The notes beneath the pieces were generated by a model. That model did not search any database. It saw only the letters and a list, made by a program, of their open reading frames with translations, and was not told where the DNA came from. Made by a program: the position numbers and the translations under genes. A stretch of 61,883 nt of DNA, the filler included, from Choristocarpus tenellus KU-1152 (lineage: Eukaryota > Protista > Phaeophyceae): the NCBI GenBank assembly GCA_964200185.2. It is 7 parts of 7 records of this genome, joined end to end, with 100 filler letters (N's around TTAATTAATTAA, not from the genome) between each part and the next. Parts side by side here need not be neighbours in the genome. Positions count along the whole stretch, not along the records: positions 1 to 4,267 come from CAXNAD020015390.1; positions 4,368 to 16,272 come from CAXNAD020002073.1; 5 more parts are not named here. One strand, written 5' to 3'. Below, piece by piece: positions 1 to 13,039 of the stretch (positions are counted from its first letter, which is position 1; every line of letters starts with the position of its first letter).

Positions 1-50
1 GGGGGGGGTGGGAGGGGGGGCGGTTGCGGGGGGGGGGGGGGGGGGGGGGC

Positions 51-81
<31 letters not shown>

Positions 82-996
82 TATGGTGTTACTGCAATGT
101 TTTTTGTTCCCAAGCATTGTGTTGTTTTTTGGCGAGATGTTGGGGTTGGGGTCTCCCTCCCTTGAGTAGGCGTGTTGCTGATGGAAATAGCTCTCGTTTC
201 TTGTTTTGTTTTTGTTTGCTGGAGGTCTCTTGCGCTTTGGATAGGTCTTGCCGTTTGGAGTGGATGTTTACTTATGTGGATGTAGGAGAAAGGAATGTTC
301 CTGGAATTATATTGGTGGTGTTGTGAAACCCAATGGAATTTCTGGTTTATTATTATTATTATATTATTGTTATCATTATTATTATTATTGTAATATTGGT
401 TAGAAAAAATTGGATTTAGTTTGTTATTGCGCTGGTGCATGAGGTGCTGTGAGGAGGCCCCCCCGCCCCCCGCCCCCAGATGGAATAGTTTTTTTGGGAG
501 GCGCGAGATTTGAAATTTAACTTCTTGCTCTTTTCTGAGACAGACTCTCACTTGTTCATGTCTTTGTTGTAAGGAAGGCTGAAGAAATGCGTATCTTGCT
601 CGGTGTTGAAGGGAAGAGAAGAGTGGAGATGGATTTATTCTTATTTTATTACCCCTCTTGTATTATGTAATTATTTTATTTTTCATGGCCATAGCATTCT
701 CGAGATGTTATCGATATTGGGCATGTCATCTCTGATGGAGTCATAGCAGTATCAGACACCGCTACACACACATGCGTTCACATGTATTAGGTCAGTAGCA
801 GTCAATCTCACCCACCCCACCCTCACAATTTTATCCAACTCCTTGAGCATACACACGCCTCCCTATGAGGTGAATCCCCAACTAATCCTCTCTCCCTCGT
901 GGCTTGCGGTGTGTGTCTTTTGTGTCTGTCTTTTGTGTCTGTCTTTTGTGTCTATCTTTTGTGTCTATCTTTTGTGTCTGTCTATTTTCCTTGTAG

Positions 997-1986
997 AATC
1001 GTCTCATCACCAATCTGAGATTGGTCTTGCTACAGAGCAACCGAGTGACTCCAGAGACCAATCGCGTTCCTCCAGAGATCTTCCACACCCTCCTCAACCT
1101 TGCGGAGTTCATGGACCTCAAAGTGCAGGCGAGTTTGAGACATGATCCTTTGCTTTGTTATGATTTGATTTGATATGCTTTGCTTTGCTTTGATTCGAAA
1201 TCTTTTTCTGACCCTCACGAGATATAGTGGGGAGTTGTACATATTGCATGGCGTGTTTTTTCTTACGGGAAGAACCGCGTTTACCGCAGGGTGGCACTAC
1301 CCTCAGCAACTCACTACTTTTACTTCACTGTTCGTGGCTTCAGGTCTAACCTCACTGTCCAGACCTGCGAAAAAAAAAATATATATATATATATATGTGT
1401 GCCCGTAGTTCGGTTTGATTATATTTTTTATTCTATCCAATCGATTTTAAATCTCTAGTCGATTTTTTATTGTAGCGGTGAGATTGTTTTGTTATCCAGA
1501 TTTTCAAGGAAGAAACTGCAATTCTGCTGCAGCTCCTGCTGCTGTGCGTTGGTGGTAGGAAGGCGTGATCTCCTTATTATTTATATTATCAAGGCTTAGC
1601 GCACTTTGTACTCACTACTGTATTAGGTTTTAGGGCTTTGTAGTACACATTTTTTGTGTAGGGGTTGGGTGATTTTGTAATGCTTGCGATTTTTTTCGCC
1701 CTCTGCAGTAGTAATAGTAATATTATAGTAATAATATAGCAATATTTATATGATCAATATCGTATTCAATTAAGGAGTACCATATTATCATACTAGTTGT
1801 TGAAGTAGACAGTATGGCACACTCAGTCTGCTTGTTTTTGATACATTTATTTAATTTTGTACTTTCCATTCCCCAATTCCCAAAACTGTGCAGGCGTTGC
1901 CAATTGATATCCGTATCCTCTCTATCCTGGCCCAGGAGTGCCATGCGTATGCGAAGGCGCTCTACTACAAGGTGACCTCTTTTATT

Positions 1987-2020
<34 letters not shown>

Positions 2021-4151
2021 GAGGATTTCATAACAGAACGGCGTATTTTAACTGTCTCGTTCTGTTTGTCATCAGCATTGGTGATTATTGGTTATTGTGA
2101 AATTATTGTATTCTTTTATTACATTACTATTGCTGCATCGTTTTGGTACTTAGGGTTAGGGTATTCATCAATTGATCCTCCAGACTGGTATTTGAATATT
2201 TTTATGCAGTTCTTGGGGGGAAGGGGGAAGGGGCATGCAAGGCACCTCTATCTGTAGAACTCTCCTTGTAAGGCTTCTTTTAGTCTGAAGTGTGTGAATA
2301 ATAAAGTAGCAACATTAGAAACCTTTGGGGAAGAAATGGTTATGATTGTATGTAGGTATCCTGTACTCCATCACCTTTGTACATTTTTTCACCATTAGGG
2401 TTAGGGTTGAAACAACCTTGTAAGTTTCATATAATATGAAGGCGTGTGTGCTGTATGAGGGTGGGGCTTAGGGCTAGTACTTGGAGTCAATTTCTGTAAC
2501 CTCTCTCAAATGAGTGTTTTTCTAATTTCTCCTACATATCTCATTTCATATTCATGCACTTTTTATTTATTTTTAAGGGGGGGGGGAGAGTTGAGGTGTT
2601 CTCTTAATTATTATTTGTTACATTCAGCTAAGAGAGAATTCTTGGAGGTAATTTTGAAGAAGAGTGAAGAAACCTCTTTGACTGCATTTTTTTTAAGGGT
2701 AAGAAAAATTTTAGAAAAAAACTTTTTTTTCCGTAATTTCCGCATGTACCAAGAAAAAATATTTGAAATTAGCAGGAAATGAGAAAGGCATTTTCATTGT
2801 CAGACCCGACCTGTCATAGTAGTAGTAGTAGTAGTAGTAGTTGACGTGAGCGGCGGCACGCCTTCCCCTTTTTTGGCGTATGTACAACTGGTTTATTAGG
2901 AGCTGGAGTATCTTCAGTCCAATGGGGACACGGGCGTGGAGAGTCTCATTTCCATCAACAAGAAGCTTGGCCAGTCGGAGGCTGCAAATGGAATACTCAC
3001 TGCAGCAGAGAAGAGGAACCTTAGACACGGGAAGACCTTTGTGGCTCAGGAGAACTGGCTGGCCAAGCTTGGGCGGTGGCAGGCACGCTGGTTTTTTACT
3101 GGTGTTTTTTTTTTGCTGTGATTGGGGGTTTGGCAAGGGGAGTAAGTTGAATCGGATGGGAAATGTTTTTTTTTTGTATTTCAGTAGAATTGAAACGCGC
3201 GTGCAGGGGGGGGTGGCTGCGAGCGGAGCGTCTGTGTACGCGCAAGGAAGTGATGGATTGGATGTGGTCGCCCCCGCCCCCCCCCCTCCCCCTCCTTGGT
3301 TTTGGACATGAGTTTCATCTTGGATATCTTTTAATGAAAACTAGTACTGAGTACAATTTCTGCGATATTTTGACCACTATAGTACTGTTGAAAAAGATAC
3401 GGTGTTGTATTGTTGTAAGTGTGGTTTGGGTAGTGTTTGTAGGCGTTTCTTGTTTTAGGGTGGTGTGCGTGGGGTTAGGGATGGAATGAAGAGAGTTTGA
3501 GTTCTTAGACCAGTTGCTGTGGGATTTTTTTGGGCTGAGAATGTATGGCACAACGTAGGGTTAGGGGTTAGGTTTTGTACCATTCTTGTACTGTAGGTGT
3601 GTTTGGTTGCTGATCGTGAAGACATGCAAAGAACATTGTTTTTTTAATGTTTTGATGCCTACGGGACAATTGTAACAATTATAAACCTTGACTTGATTTT
3701 TTTGTTTTTCAGTATATAGAGAGAGGCTTTTTTGTATGCAGTGTCTGCCTGATGGTGTTGGTGTGCCTTCGATCTCCAATTGGTCTCATGCATTGTTTTT
3801 TGTATTATTTACATGTACCCTTTTTTGGTCTCATAGATTGATTTTTATATTATTTACATGTACCCTTTTTTGGTCTCCTCTTGAACGCATGTATATTTTC
3901 TGGGTGCTGTGTGCGCATACCAATACTGCTGTATCTTCTTTTTTTTGTCTGCAGGAGGCCCTCTCAAGGTACTGGGAGCAGCATGAGAGGGACCAGAACA
4001 ATGTGACAGCTGTGTTGGGGTGTATGAAGTGCCTTGATGCGCTGGGGAGGTGGTCTGAGCTGGTGGAGCTTTGCCAGAGTCGGTGGGAGAGTCTCACCAG
4101 TGTGAAGGATGACCCTAAAGTGCAGAGGAAGGCAGCCACACTGGCCGCAAG
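997..4151 (+). CDS. TOR: Target of rapamycin kinase, partial (4 exons entering the FAT domain): 997-1128, 1894-1971, 2900-3082, 3955-4151
   Basis: Spliced translation reads ...[20 protein letters not shown]|[26 protein letters not shown]|[33 protein letters not shown]...WLAKLGRWQ|EALSRY...[13 protein letters not shown].... This matches the TOR motifs [30 protein letters not shown] and LGRMRCLEALGEW. Phases are compatible; the gene is cut by both contig ends. Confidence 0.93.
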
Positions 4152-4267
4152 GTACGATATGCAATGTGTATGTTTGTGTACAGGGGAGGTGTGGGGAAGG
4201 ATACGGTTTGACAGGGATGGATGCGATTGGGGTTCCGATATGGACCCCCTTCGTAAAAAAAATATAT

Positions 4268-4367
4268 NNNNNNNNNNNNNNNNNNNNNNNNNNNNNNNNN
4301 NNNNNNNNNNNTTAATTAATTAANNNNNNNNNNNNNNNNNNNNNNNNNNNNNNNNNNNNNNNNNNNN
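4268..4367. other. Artificial contig linker N44-TTAATTAATTAA-N44; also at 16273-16372, 38431-38530, 46912-47011, 50583-50682 and 57318-57417
   Basis: Six identical 100-nt spacers with stops in all six frames; genes and elements end abruptly at them. Confidence 0.97.
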
Positions 4368-5499
4368 CCCCAATTTAGCCCCTCCCCCCCCCCTGAGTTT
4401 CCTCAACATCCCCCCCCTGGGCCCCCCCCCCCCCCCCTACAAGTAAAACCACGATTTTTGACAGGAGTCGGACACCCCACTCCAGGTGAAAGTGAAGAAC
4501 CAAGCCTGATGAGTCACCCACGTTGGTGGCGCCGTCAGTCTACAACTGGAAACTCAAGGACAAGAGCCACTACTACTGTGAACTCGCAGCGGAATTCTTC
4601 AAGAACGGAGGGAGTGGGGAATGCTGGGAGGGGGGAGAGTGCAAGTCAAAGAGATGGACAAAGCAGTAGGCTAGGGTTGTTCTGCATGGACTCACTGGGA
4701 CTAGTATCAGGGGGCAGGGGGTGGAAGACGAGTGCAAGAATAGAGAGTAATAGGCATGTCCCATGGAAAGATGACCTCCAGCTCTTTGCGGAGTGATGGG
4801 AGATGCAGGGTGAATCGTTAGAGAAGGCTGATTCCGCAATGTTTGTCAGTATGTTAGGAGTGCTTTTTTGGTTTCACATCAAATTAATTGACCTCGTGTG
4901 ATGTTGAAGTTACTCTTTGCAATGGGAGAGGATTGCCTCTTTTCTTTTAAAGAGAAGAAGAGCGTGTGATATATTTTCTCTCTGGTGAGCCTGGTGGCTA
5001 TGGTTGTGGCTGTGCTCGGCAGGATGAATAGTAATTGAGTGTTTGTGTCTTGTAGTTCTGTTATGAAAGTGTGTGTATACAATTGTGGGTTCTAGTGCCT
5101 GTTTTCACTGAGGAGAGAGGGAGTGAGCAGGTATGTTGTGTGTGTGGCCATCGCATTTTTTCTGGCTTCCCTTTCTGTGCTTTTGGTGTGATCAAGCCAA
5201 AATAGGATTGACATTAGGTTGATCACAGAGTATCTTGGACTCGTGTGGTGTTATTTTATTATCTGGAGTGGTAGGTCGACTAGATATATGTTATATACAT
5301 TATATAGTGTAAACATGACATGATCGAGAAAATATGTGTTCTGGATGACATTATTTTGTTTGATTCCCAGGTCACCTCAGCATTTTCCTTTCCCCTTAGT
5401 TCAACTAAGGTCGTACAATAATAATCAAACTTGGTTCAACAGTTTTTGTTTGTTCGGATATCCACGTTCTCAAAAAGCTGTCTGTTTTCATCACAAAGG

Positions 5500-5760
5500 G
5501 TGGGTGTGTCTGGCATGGTTGAAGGACAAGAAGATGACTTAGCCATTGACACAGCAAGTAAGTGATGTGTCATGTATTTCGGAGGTATTTGTTCGCAATC
5601 GCCCTCAATTTAAACGTTGGGATGAGCCTGTTCCACCTGGTTCAATAAATCTACGGACTGCTGCTGCTTCACCACTACGTATTCGGGGATATATATGATT
5701 TGCACTTAAACTTGGTGATACCACATTGCCAGTTGAAGTTTAGTATTCTCTTAATTTTGA
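5500..5760 (+). mobile_element. Degenerate Ty3/Gypsy aspartic protease relic
   Basis: AIDTAS/(frameshift)SDVSCISEVFV...INLRTAAASPLRIRGYI*FALKLGDTTLPVEV* resembles the retropepsin D[TS]G-S-x-x-S-x-I-S motif and the downstream L-x-T-A-x-x-x-P-L-x-x-x-G strand. It carries stops and a frameshift. Confidence 0.6.
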
Positions 5761-6433
5761 AGCCTTTAAGGTGTTGTTGGCAGAAACCAGTTTGGTCCCC
5801 ACGGTAACAAAGTCTTCCATCTTTTGTTAAAGTGTTCCCTGGCTCATGTATGGATAGAAGAGATAAATACAGGATTGTCCTAATGTTGTAGAGGAGTGAT
5901 TTTATTAAGCAGACGGGATGGGGCGACCATAAAATCTTAAAGCATCATAGTCAATAGAGTCAATTCCTATCCATCCATTGGTATACTAGAACAAATATGC
6001 ATTTACCAACTAATAATAACTATCGCATACTGATTCTACATGTATACTACTAGTTATCTTCGATAGAGTTGGGGAGTCTATAAGAAATATCTTGGTGGTG
6101 AGGGTGTCAAGGAACTCTTGCAACGCAGACACCGTTAGGTGTTTTGAGATGTTTGCTAGCCTTTTCCAACACCTCCTCAAAGTCGAGGTTGGAGGTGACC
6201 TTGCCCGTTCTTGTGACGTTTCATGGAAGCACAAAATATTCTAGGTGATGGACAACTTTTCCTGATCTCGTATTTTCGTTTAGGGCTAGAATGAAGAATG
6301 ACCTGATATTTGCTTGTCATCAATATTTCTTCACCCAAAAGTCAGAAACAAAATATTTTACGCCTATTATCGTAGAGATATTCCATGGTTATAGAGGGAT
6401 TTGTACGAGTGGTGAATTCTTCATACTATCAAC

Positions 6434-6690
6434 AAGACCGGGTCAATCCCTTCGCCTTAATCACCAGCTTCCATACTAATATCAGAATAAGACCGTGTCA
6501 ATCCCCTCGCCTAATTCACCAGCTTCCATACTAGATTATAATATAAGACCGGGTCAATCCCCTCGCCTCAATCACTAGCTTCCATACAAGATTATCATAT
6601 CAAGACCGTGTCAATCTCCTCGCCTCAATCACTACCTTTCATGTTATTATCATATTAAGACGAACGTGTCAATCTCCTCGGCTCAATTGT
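6434..6690. repeat. Minisatellite, about 4.5 copies of a 55-57 bp unit
   Basis: Unit AAGACCG(G/T)GTCAATC(C/T)CCTCGCCT..TCAC.AGCTTCCATAC... starts at 6434, 6489, 6545, 6602 and 6657. Confidence 0.9.
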
Positions 6691-7987
6691 TACATTTCAC
6701 AAACTACTACTATAGTTGTTTGTATGTGTCCAATCTGTGCTCAAGCCTGAAAATAACCCAGACAAACACCTCATTCTTTGCATTCCCACAACGCAACGAC
6801 AGTATCGCAAATACCCTCGACGAGTGAACACAGGGTGCGACCGGGAAACCTATACGTACGGCGAGGTGAGAAATGAGGAGTCAAAGCACTCACAGCTTTC
6901 GATTAGAGCTAGACACCATGGAAACGACAATATCCTCACCAATTATGGATGACAGAAGACAGTAAAACCCCGCTGTGATTGGCACTACTATAACAGATAT
7001 GAGACATGATCATAACTCCTCCTCCTGTCATTTATAGGACGCAACACGACACACAGTTAGTAGTTGTGACCGTACCGAAAGCCACACTCCCACTATCAAT
7101 CGACACCAGACCTTAGAAGAACAATCAACTAACGGTCGAAGTCCAAGACTTGAAGTCAACACTATGATGAAAAGTCACCTCCGTCGGCAGCGGAGGCATC
7201 GTCATCGCCGCAGCAGACGCACCACTATTGTGAGTGGAGAGGATGATGTTCAATACCTTCGCTGGTGGTGTTGCATAACGCCACTCGTTTCGCCCTCGAT
7301 ATGACCTCAATTGTCTAGTGGTACTCTTTGCTACTTGTGTTTCACGAGACATGGTATAGGCACACATATTATTCAGCATGCTAATATATTGTTGTGGTAA
7401 GTTGACCTTCCTCTCAACGTATTCCCTGTACTACTCACAATGACCGACAGATTTAACTGAGTAATACCTGTATTACCAAAATCTTGGCTGCGATCGATCC
7501 TTCCTTGTATTTGTTGGGAAAAGTGCGAGCCTTTACTTAACAGACCTAAGACCAAACTTGTTTTATATTCATGGACATTGTTAGCTGGTGATCCTCGCAA
7601 GAAAAGAACAACCAACGTTTGAAGCGTACCTTCGCTGCAATCTACCCCCTTATCTCATTCGCATGGCGATAAGTTGTCAGATGTTGCGATGATCGAAGAG
7701 AAACTTCGCTCATTCAAGTGTGGTAATGGTTAGGCTACTATACATACAACTGTATAATAGTAGGCGAATAGGTGCTAGTTTCACAATTGCATTTCTCTTC
7801 ACTCCCTTGATGGACTTGTGTGCACGCAACCCTTCATTCATTCAGTTGACTCTTGATTAGGTTTGAGGAGGTACTTTTATTTGAAAACGAAACGAATTTG
7901 TATGTTTACTGTTGGGTTTTATTGGACAATCCAATATCGTTCCTTTCATACTACCATTGTTGTTGAAGGACAGAATGCTAACGTTGG

Positions 7988-10984
7988 TTGTCTTTGCTGG
8001 CCCCTCCTTCCGTTCCCATCTCAACTCACCGATGCTTGAAGGAGTCTACTGACGGTGTACCTCCCGCTGGTTTTGTAGAAGGCTCAGTTTCTTTTGATGG
8101 AGACCTGGGTCATCATGTCCCCTCCAAAGCTGGTGTTGCCACTTCTGGCTCAGTTTACAAGCGAGGAAGGAATCCAGAAGCAGGATATACCAAACCACCA
8201 CCAGTCGGGATTTTCAACCAGGGCAGAACCTGCTACATCAATGCCCTGGTTCAGACTTTATACCATGTACCGCGCCTGAGGGAAGCAGTCTTGAAGGTTG
8301 GCAAAGAAAGATCGCATTGCCAAGCTGATACACTGTCTGCCCTCTATGTCGTGTTTGACGAGCTCGACAAGTGCAAAAGGTGAGGAATGGTGTCCGTTAT
8401 GCATCATCCCCATCCAGTTTCATGTGCTCATGTATGCCATTAACCTGCTTTTTTCCTTGGAAAGAGACACCGGAAGCCTTTCAACACCACTCTGCCAACA
8501 CTTTGTTCGTTGTGTGACTTAATTCGCTCTCGCAATTGTGCTACCACGAGCAGGCCCGCCTCAACAGCACCGCTAACATCCGCGATGGGCATACAACCGA
8601 ACGTGCAGGAGGATGCCGTAGAGTTTGGGTGGTGAGCAGTCATTGACAGATAGGCAGAGAGATGCGGTGATCATCATTATACACACTTGCTGCTCTCATT
8701 GACTGTAGGGACAACTGAGTGATGCGGCGTAGTCAACAGTTCAGACATGTGACTGATTTACGAGGGCTTTGGGCGGTGTCAAAGTTCCTTTGTGTCCTCT
8801 TTCCTTATCTTCTTTCCCCCTTGATGTTCAAAATGATTGAGGTGGGGCGTAACTTACATACCCTCAAGTGTGTTTTTTGCAATTTTTTGTGCGCCAACCG
8901 TTCCCTGCATAGAAACGCATGTCATGGGAAGCCACGGTCCTACACCATGTTGTAGACACTGTCCTCACATGTTCACCCCGATGCATTGTTTGGTGCACAA
9001 ACGTTTTGGCAGTCATCTGATCCAAGAAATGCAGCAAGAGGCTATGCAGGCTGCTGCACGTGGATTCAAGCATGTTGCAGCAGTGGGAGACACAATCTCC
9101 CAGCTGTTTGTTGGTAGTGAGAGAAATTTCATTGAGGTATGCGCCCATGTACTCCAAGCAGTGCTTGTGATATTACTTGGATTGAACTAGAATAATTGGA
9201 AGGGTGCGTGTATCTGAAGTTCTCAAGTAGTTAGTTTTACCATATGCCAGGTGTTTGGAGGGGAGAAGAGAGGGAATGTGGTAAGCGCTTGAAAATGAGT
9301 ATGAAAAGCATTGGTGAAGGTATGCACCTAACTCAAACCAGTGCTGGAGGGGTTTGTCTTGACATTATTCTTAGTGTGTATCCCAGCTACTGCTGAATTG
9401 CCCATGTCCTTGAGCTTGTAGCATAAGGCCTCAACCTAGAAAAATTTCCTTGATCTTAAGCCCTCTGCCTTCACTTTCTGCAAAAGTATTTCCGAACCTC
9501 CAATCCTTGGCCAAATGTTTCCCCAAAAGCATTTGTGGCAGTAGGACAGTGGATTACATATCTGTTTCTGTTTTGCCTGCATACTGTGCAATACTTGACC
9601 ATTTTCTCTTCTGTGCCCTGTCCTGACCTCAATCTTGGTCTTGAAATTGCCATGTCAGTGCTTGAATGTGCCAGTTGAAAGCGAGAGAGTAGAAAACACT
9701 CGCAACCTGACAGTTGAAGTACGGGGCTGCAAGAGCCTCCAAAAATCACTGGACAGGTGTGCCGAGAGCATGGGAGTAGCCAGAAAGGTCGTCTATTTCT
9801 TTTCAAGGAGGCAGAATGAGGTTGGACTGATTACCTTCTTCTTTCTTTTCTCTCTCTGTTTTATTTCATGTGTGCTATACCCATTGTGTGAAGAGCACGT
9901 ATGCACTTGTCTGGGCTTGAGATGAGCATGTTGCCAATGTGGCGGCATCCTTGAAGGGATGGCATGATGAACATATTGGAGCTTCATTGAGAAGGTTCAC
10001 AACCCTACCTGACACCTTGTGTGTTTGTTTGGTTTGACTCTGGCAAGCTACGTTAAACCGGAGAGAATGATTGGACCAAACCAGTACGAGAGCGGCTCAT
10101 ATGGGAAGCAAGATGCCATGAAGGGTGTACGGATTGTGGAATTTCCCCCTGTTCTGCAGGTATCCCCAGCATTTCCCTTGTATTGTATGTATAGCTGGTT
10201 AGGCCTATCATTTGTCCTGCGTTCAACTTTTTGCTGTGCTAGGTTTGGTGGGTTTTGCCTTCCTCCACTGCCAGATGGTTCCATTCTCAGCCCCCCTCTC
10301 CCCTTCCCCATCCCCGGCCTCATTGATATTGCTTTCAGTTCCACCTAAAGAGATTTGGCTTTGATCACAGCAGTGGTTTGTCTGGCAAGGTCCATGACCG
10401 TTTTGAATTCCCCGCAACACTGGATGCGTCACGGTGGCTTGAGAGCAAAGCTGAAGCAAGGTGCGGTAACATTGTACAACAGAGGGGTGTAACAGCACTG
10501 GCGTAGTTGGAGGGGATTCCGCGGATGATATGCAAACTGCTGCTGCCTTGCTCTGACATGACTGCAGTTGTGTTGAGGTAGTTGACATTCAACAGATAAT
10601 GAATGACAATGAATGATAATGTCACACTGCCCTGGAAATTGTAGGTATGCATTGCAGGCGGTGGTGATGCATGCTGGCAGCCACCCTTGTCAGGGTCATT
10701 ACTACAGCTACATTCGTACCTTGAAGAATGAGAGGGGTGTATCTGCGTGTGGACCAAAGTGGTTGAAGATGGATGATTCCAAGGTGAGTTCAGTAGAGGA
10801 GGACGAAGTGCTGCATGACGCCTATGGGGGGTATGTGGATATGGGTACAAATGGGATTTGCTGGGGTGGGGGACTCCAATGGCTACTTAGAAGTTTGGGC
10901 TGGGGAAGGCAGAGGGAGGCACGCGAGGTGTCAGCTTACATGCTGCAGTATGTGAGGGAAGAGGTAGGCAAGAGGTTTGTGTGA
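7988..10984 (+). CDS. Ubiquitin-specific protease (peptidase C19), USP7-like catalytic core; exons ~8041-8379, 8554-8631, 9013-9136, 9659-9756, 10048-10159, 10339-10460, 10645-10984; true start unresolved
   Basis: Cys box GIFNQGRTCYINALVQTLY; QEDAVEF; GKQDAMKG..FPPVLQ|FHLKRF..KVHDRFEFP; His box VVMHAG...GHYYSYIR; WLKMDD; AYMLQYVR. All intron phases are compatible. Confidence 0.9.
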
Positions 10985-13039
10985 GCAGATGTGCTACTAC
11001 TTAAGATTGTATATACTCTGGAGCATTGAGGAGTAGTAGTACGGAAGACCTTACTGCTGTTGCATTCCCTTGCATAAACTATCCTTCTGTGATGGGTTGT
11101 CATCATAGTTGTGTGTGATATAGTTCATAATGGTGTATATACATGGGATTGAGAAGGTAGAGGAGGTGTGCAGGGCAAATGCATCATTCTGTTGACTCTT
11201 TGCGGATTTTTAGGGCTATTAAATTGTCGCATATGCTTATGTTCTGTCATGCAGGCCATGACGTTGGGCATTGTCCTGTTGTACTGTCTGCTCAATTTGT
11301 GTGGGAAGGGATAGATCTAGGGAGGACATCTCAAGGAAAGAGAAGATCCATGCATCCTACTGTAGCATAGTTGTGAAGGTCATTGTTAACAAAGGGGTAG
11401 TACATCTGTAGAGCTATGGCAGATAATGCAAAATGTCCTGAATGGCTAGATCTATTGTGGGATGGTAGTCAATGTAGCTTGTACCACGAAAGCTTTTTGG
11501 TTGTTCACTTCACAGATTTCTCCTGGCAAATATGTTGATGGCTACAACATGAATGGTAATGTTCTGGTACATGCTAAGTGGTAGCGTCATCATGCAGACT
11601 AATATTACCACTGGATTACATTATTTATATCCTGAATGCTGCTGTCAATTCTGAATGATGCTTGTGAAATACCCCAACCATCTGCCTAGGAAACTTCTCA
11701 CATTTGGAGAGTTAGCTGTATGATCGGCCAAGTCCTGCACCAAATCAACAAGAGCAATAAACTAACCCTATATCGATTTGAATCTATCTTTTTGCAATGT
11801 AAGGACATTTGAACTGAAGGCAACAGTTTTGAAATATCTCCCTGCTTGGCTGCAGTGAGAATGCAATTCTCTTCCGGACCGTTTCATGTGACTTTGACAA
11901 AAGAACAGTGCCACCTGTGATACGTTTTTTTCTGCACCATTTTGACATCATGATATTACAATAGTGGGAGGACAAACACACATACACACTCGACGTTTGA
12001 GATGTATTGGTTAACATGTATTGGCACTAACTCACCCCACCAGTCTTTGCTCATCTCTTGGAGAGCATCTCTCTTTTTGTGTGACCTTCATATTACTGTG
12101 GTGGTTGTGATTTGCTCCCCTCCTCCCGCCATACTGCCTTTTAACACACACCGACACACACATACTGCTGTGTAAATCTGTTTTACGAGTTTTGTCTGAG
12201 AAGAATCCAGCAGGTAGTAGTGTTGTGAGTTTGGGTTTTGTTCTGCTGAGTAGGCGTGTGTTTTTTGCACATCGCATTTGGTATTTGAAGTGGTCACAAT
12301 AAAGATAGGTGCAGTTGTTTCGATTGAAGCAAAGCTCTTTTTGGTTACATGATTGATGTGTAATATTATGTTACACTTGATATCTGACTTCCTATGTAGA
12401 AATGTGATCAGAAAAGGTAACAGAAGGAGAGAGACATATATATATAATCTATATAAATGATCGGCATTCTAGCGCAGTGGAACCAAGAGAGAAAAGAAGA
12501 GAATGTAAGGAAAAGAGAAGCTATTGTTGCGAAATCAAAACATGCATGAATCACTTAAAGCATGCCTATGTGCAAGACGAAGACAACAGCCACCCTCTTG
12601 CACTTCAGATTTTCATCCACTGCCTTCAACAAATTCATGGTAGTGCACAGTATGCAAATGCAGGAGAGGAACCACAACTCTGTCAGCAACCCAGTCCACC
12701 TACAATACGCAATGATAAATGATAATAATTCTTCTTAAATGGTGCAATACAAAAACGATCACAGGTAGCGGAAAAGATAGCAATACCTTGACCAGAGAAG
12801 TCTCTACGGAAATGTCATCCAGGGAGGTAGATGTAGTGAAGATATGAACCACCCCCAGATTTTGAGGACAAATCGGAGATTTCCGCCAACTAGGTATGGA
12901 GGGATCGGTATGACGTTACAAAATATACCACGGTTTTTACACATGTAGTGACGACGTATATATTCAAATATAGATTTATATATATATATTGATAGTGGTG
13001 AAACGAATGAAAACTATATATTTATGTTGGGGAAGTACC

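Noticed and set aside
1-326. Gly-rich ORF 24-326
   Set aside because: It derives from a poly-G run at the contig edge and T/G-rich intron-like sequence.
4312-4323. TTAATTAATTAA as a biological motif, and gene neighbourhoods across it
   Set aside because: It is an identical six-frame-stop spacer inside N runs, i.e. an assembly concatenation linker.
4458-4796. ORF and TGGCGCC primer-binding-site-like motif
   Set aside because: No adjacent LTR end or recognisable domain; possibly retroelement debris but unsupported.
6434-6690. CRISPR array
   Set aside because: The whole unit is homologous between copies, there are no unique spacers or cas genes, and the context is eukaryotic.
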